A DNA stretch of 64,000 bases, taken from Takakia lepidozioides (lineage: Eukaryota > Plantae > Bryophyta). The translations under genes and the position numbers were made by a program. Below are positions 62,566 through 64,000 of the stretch, in pieces. The notes below the pieces were generated by a model. That model was not told the origin of the DNA and searched no databases. It saw only the letters and a program-made list of their open reading frames with translations. Position 1 is the first letter of the stretch; every line of letters begins with the position of its first letter. The DNA lies in assembly GCA_030704615.1 (NCBI GenBank), contig CM060733.1:67084001-67148000 (forward strand). The letters are read 5' to 3'.

Positions 62566-62962
62566 ATGATGCCAAATCTTCTCCATGTCATCCCAATTTG
62601 TCACTATACGATGTTCTATTGGATACTTCAGTGTCAGTATACCTCTCTTGGACTGAGCTTCATCACCAACATACGCATCTTTCTGTCCCATACCGACCGT
62701 CACACCGGTGGGTCGAGGACGACCAACAATACTGGGAATACTGCACGCGGGGCATCATCTCCAACAAATCCAGCCTGCATGGACATCAACATTTGATTAC
62801 AATCAATCCACAAAATCAAAACCTTGACTCCAACCTATCGATCGAAACACGGCGCTACAATTAATTAGGTATCTGAAAGACTCTTCCATAAATCAATTCT
62901 GTTAGAGTAGGTCTCCACTCAAGTACCTTAACCATCCCAGATCCATTGTCCCACACAAGCCG
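62566..62962 (-). pseudogene. ACT: Actin gene fragment (end of exon 1, intron, start of exon 2)
   Basis: LVWDNGSGMVK|intron 62775-62926|[63 protein letters not shown]; frameshift; truncated. Confidence 0.92.
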
Positions 62963-63280
62963 GTGATCTGATATATTCTTGCATTCAAACTCAATGTCTC
63001 CAGATGACCGTCGATGGAGCCCTAGACGGATCTAAACCGTCCAGAGAAGGGGCAGCTGCCCGAAAATGTTCCCTTCTTGTTCCCATAGGTTTCCATTTGA
63101 GGGGGTCTGGCGAGACCAAGACCAGGCCAAAACAGTTACCCCAAGCCGAGGCCAAAGCTGGAATTTTAAGTCGTTATAATCAGGTACGTAAGGGATTTTG
63201 CCTCCCTAATATGGCGTATTTCCAGGAGGATTAAAAAGCAGAAATCTACGCCTCATGCCCCTAGCACATTATGCCGGTTG

Positions 63281-64000
63281 CACTAGCACATTATGAAACA
63301 TAATGTGTTTGATTAGGACTGGCAGGCCAATAAGAGGGCGGCAGACTCAATCCTTTACGTACTGGAATGGGCCGCAACATGCCATTATGGCGGTTTCGGT
63401 GGCAGCTCGCCCTCAGGCTAGCCACCACCTTACCCACCACAATGTCATGTGGCGGCCCATTCCATAGTACATAAGGCGTATTCGGCCCTTTCGTCACAGG
63501 GCAATTTATTTGGCCGAATCGGCCACCCAGGGTGTACTGCCGATTCAGCAGGCAGAATCGGCAGGGATGGCCGATTATGCACTATGCAACCCTGGATGGC
63601 AGCATGTACCTAGGTGCACTCAGCGACCCACCCACCTTCCCTTTTAGGCTAGCCCCCTATATATCCTCGACGGGGTTCTGAATCTGGGCAATCCATATGG
63701 GATAATTCATGCCCAATCAGATTGCGCCAGGTATATGCCACCACCTGCTTTTAACGCCAGAGACGGGCCGTGTAGGGCCGACTCTGCCCTGTGCGCGGCC
63801 ATAGGGCTCGCCCAAGGGCCGCTCACAGGGCAGAATCGGCCCTACACGGCCCGTTCTCTAGTACGAAATTACCCTAGGACCCAGGCCACAGGGGGGTCAG
63901 GACACATGGCATTTTTGGAATTCCGTACTAGGTTCGCCTACCCAGGTCTCGGCCTACCGGGCTCGACTAGGGCGTGCTTACCTGGCCGAATCGGCCCTCT
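63281..64000. mobile_element. Probable CACTA-like end with GGCCGAATCGGCC subterminal repeats
   Basis: Starts CACTAG; repeated GGCCGA(A)TCGGC / GCAGAATCGGC motifs continue to the window end. Confidence 0.45.

Overview
Eukaryotic nuclear DNA from a land plant, most likely a bryophyte or other seed-free lineage. This is inferred from the spliceosomal introns, the PLS/DYW PPR relics and the bryophyte-style transposon proteins. Only two genes look intact, and both have intronless CDSs: a TMEM87/lung-7TM receptor-like gene (2618-4210, -) and an AGO1-clade Argonaute (21031-24318, -). The rest is a graveyard of nested, decayed elements: an L1 LINE, other non-LTR RT fragments, tRNA-derived SINEs with TSDs, CACTA-like relics, two Mutator (MULE) transposase relics, a P-element-like transposon with TIRs and TSD, a RAG1/Transib-like transposase, and two palindrome-bearing tandem arrays. 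It also holds pseudogene fragments of PPR, OSB-PDF, MATE and actin genes. The most notable signal is a 5.2-kb element (49221-54430) with MULE-family TIRs and an 8-bp TSD that carries a decayed, intron-containing beta-class DNA amino-methyltransferase (N4C/N6A type). The ORF track does not show this gene. A second MTase copy with the same intron lies at about 7.1-7.5 kb, and a probable ParB-like N-terminal partner fragment lies at about 43.7 kb. Also notable is a repeated architecture of OSB-PDF ssDNA-binding motifs followed by PLS-PPR(-DYW) arrays. All homology calls come from manual motif recognition; no searches were run.
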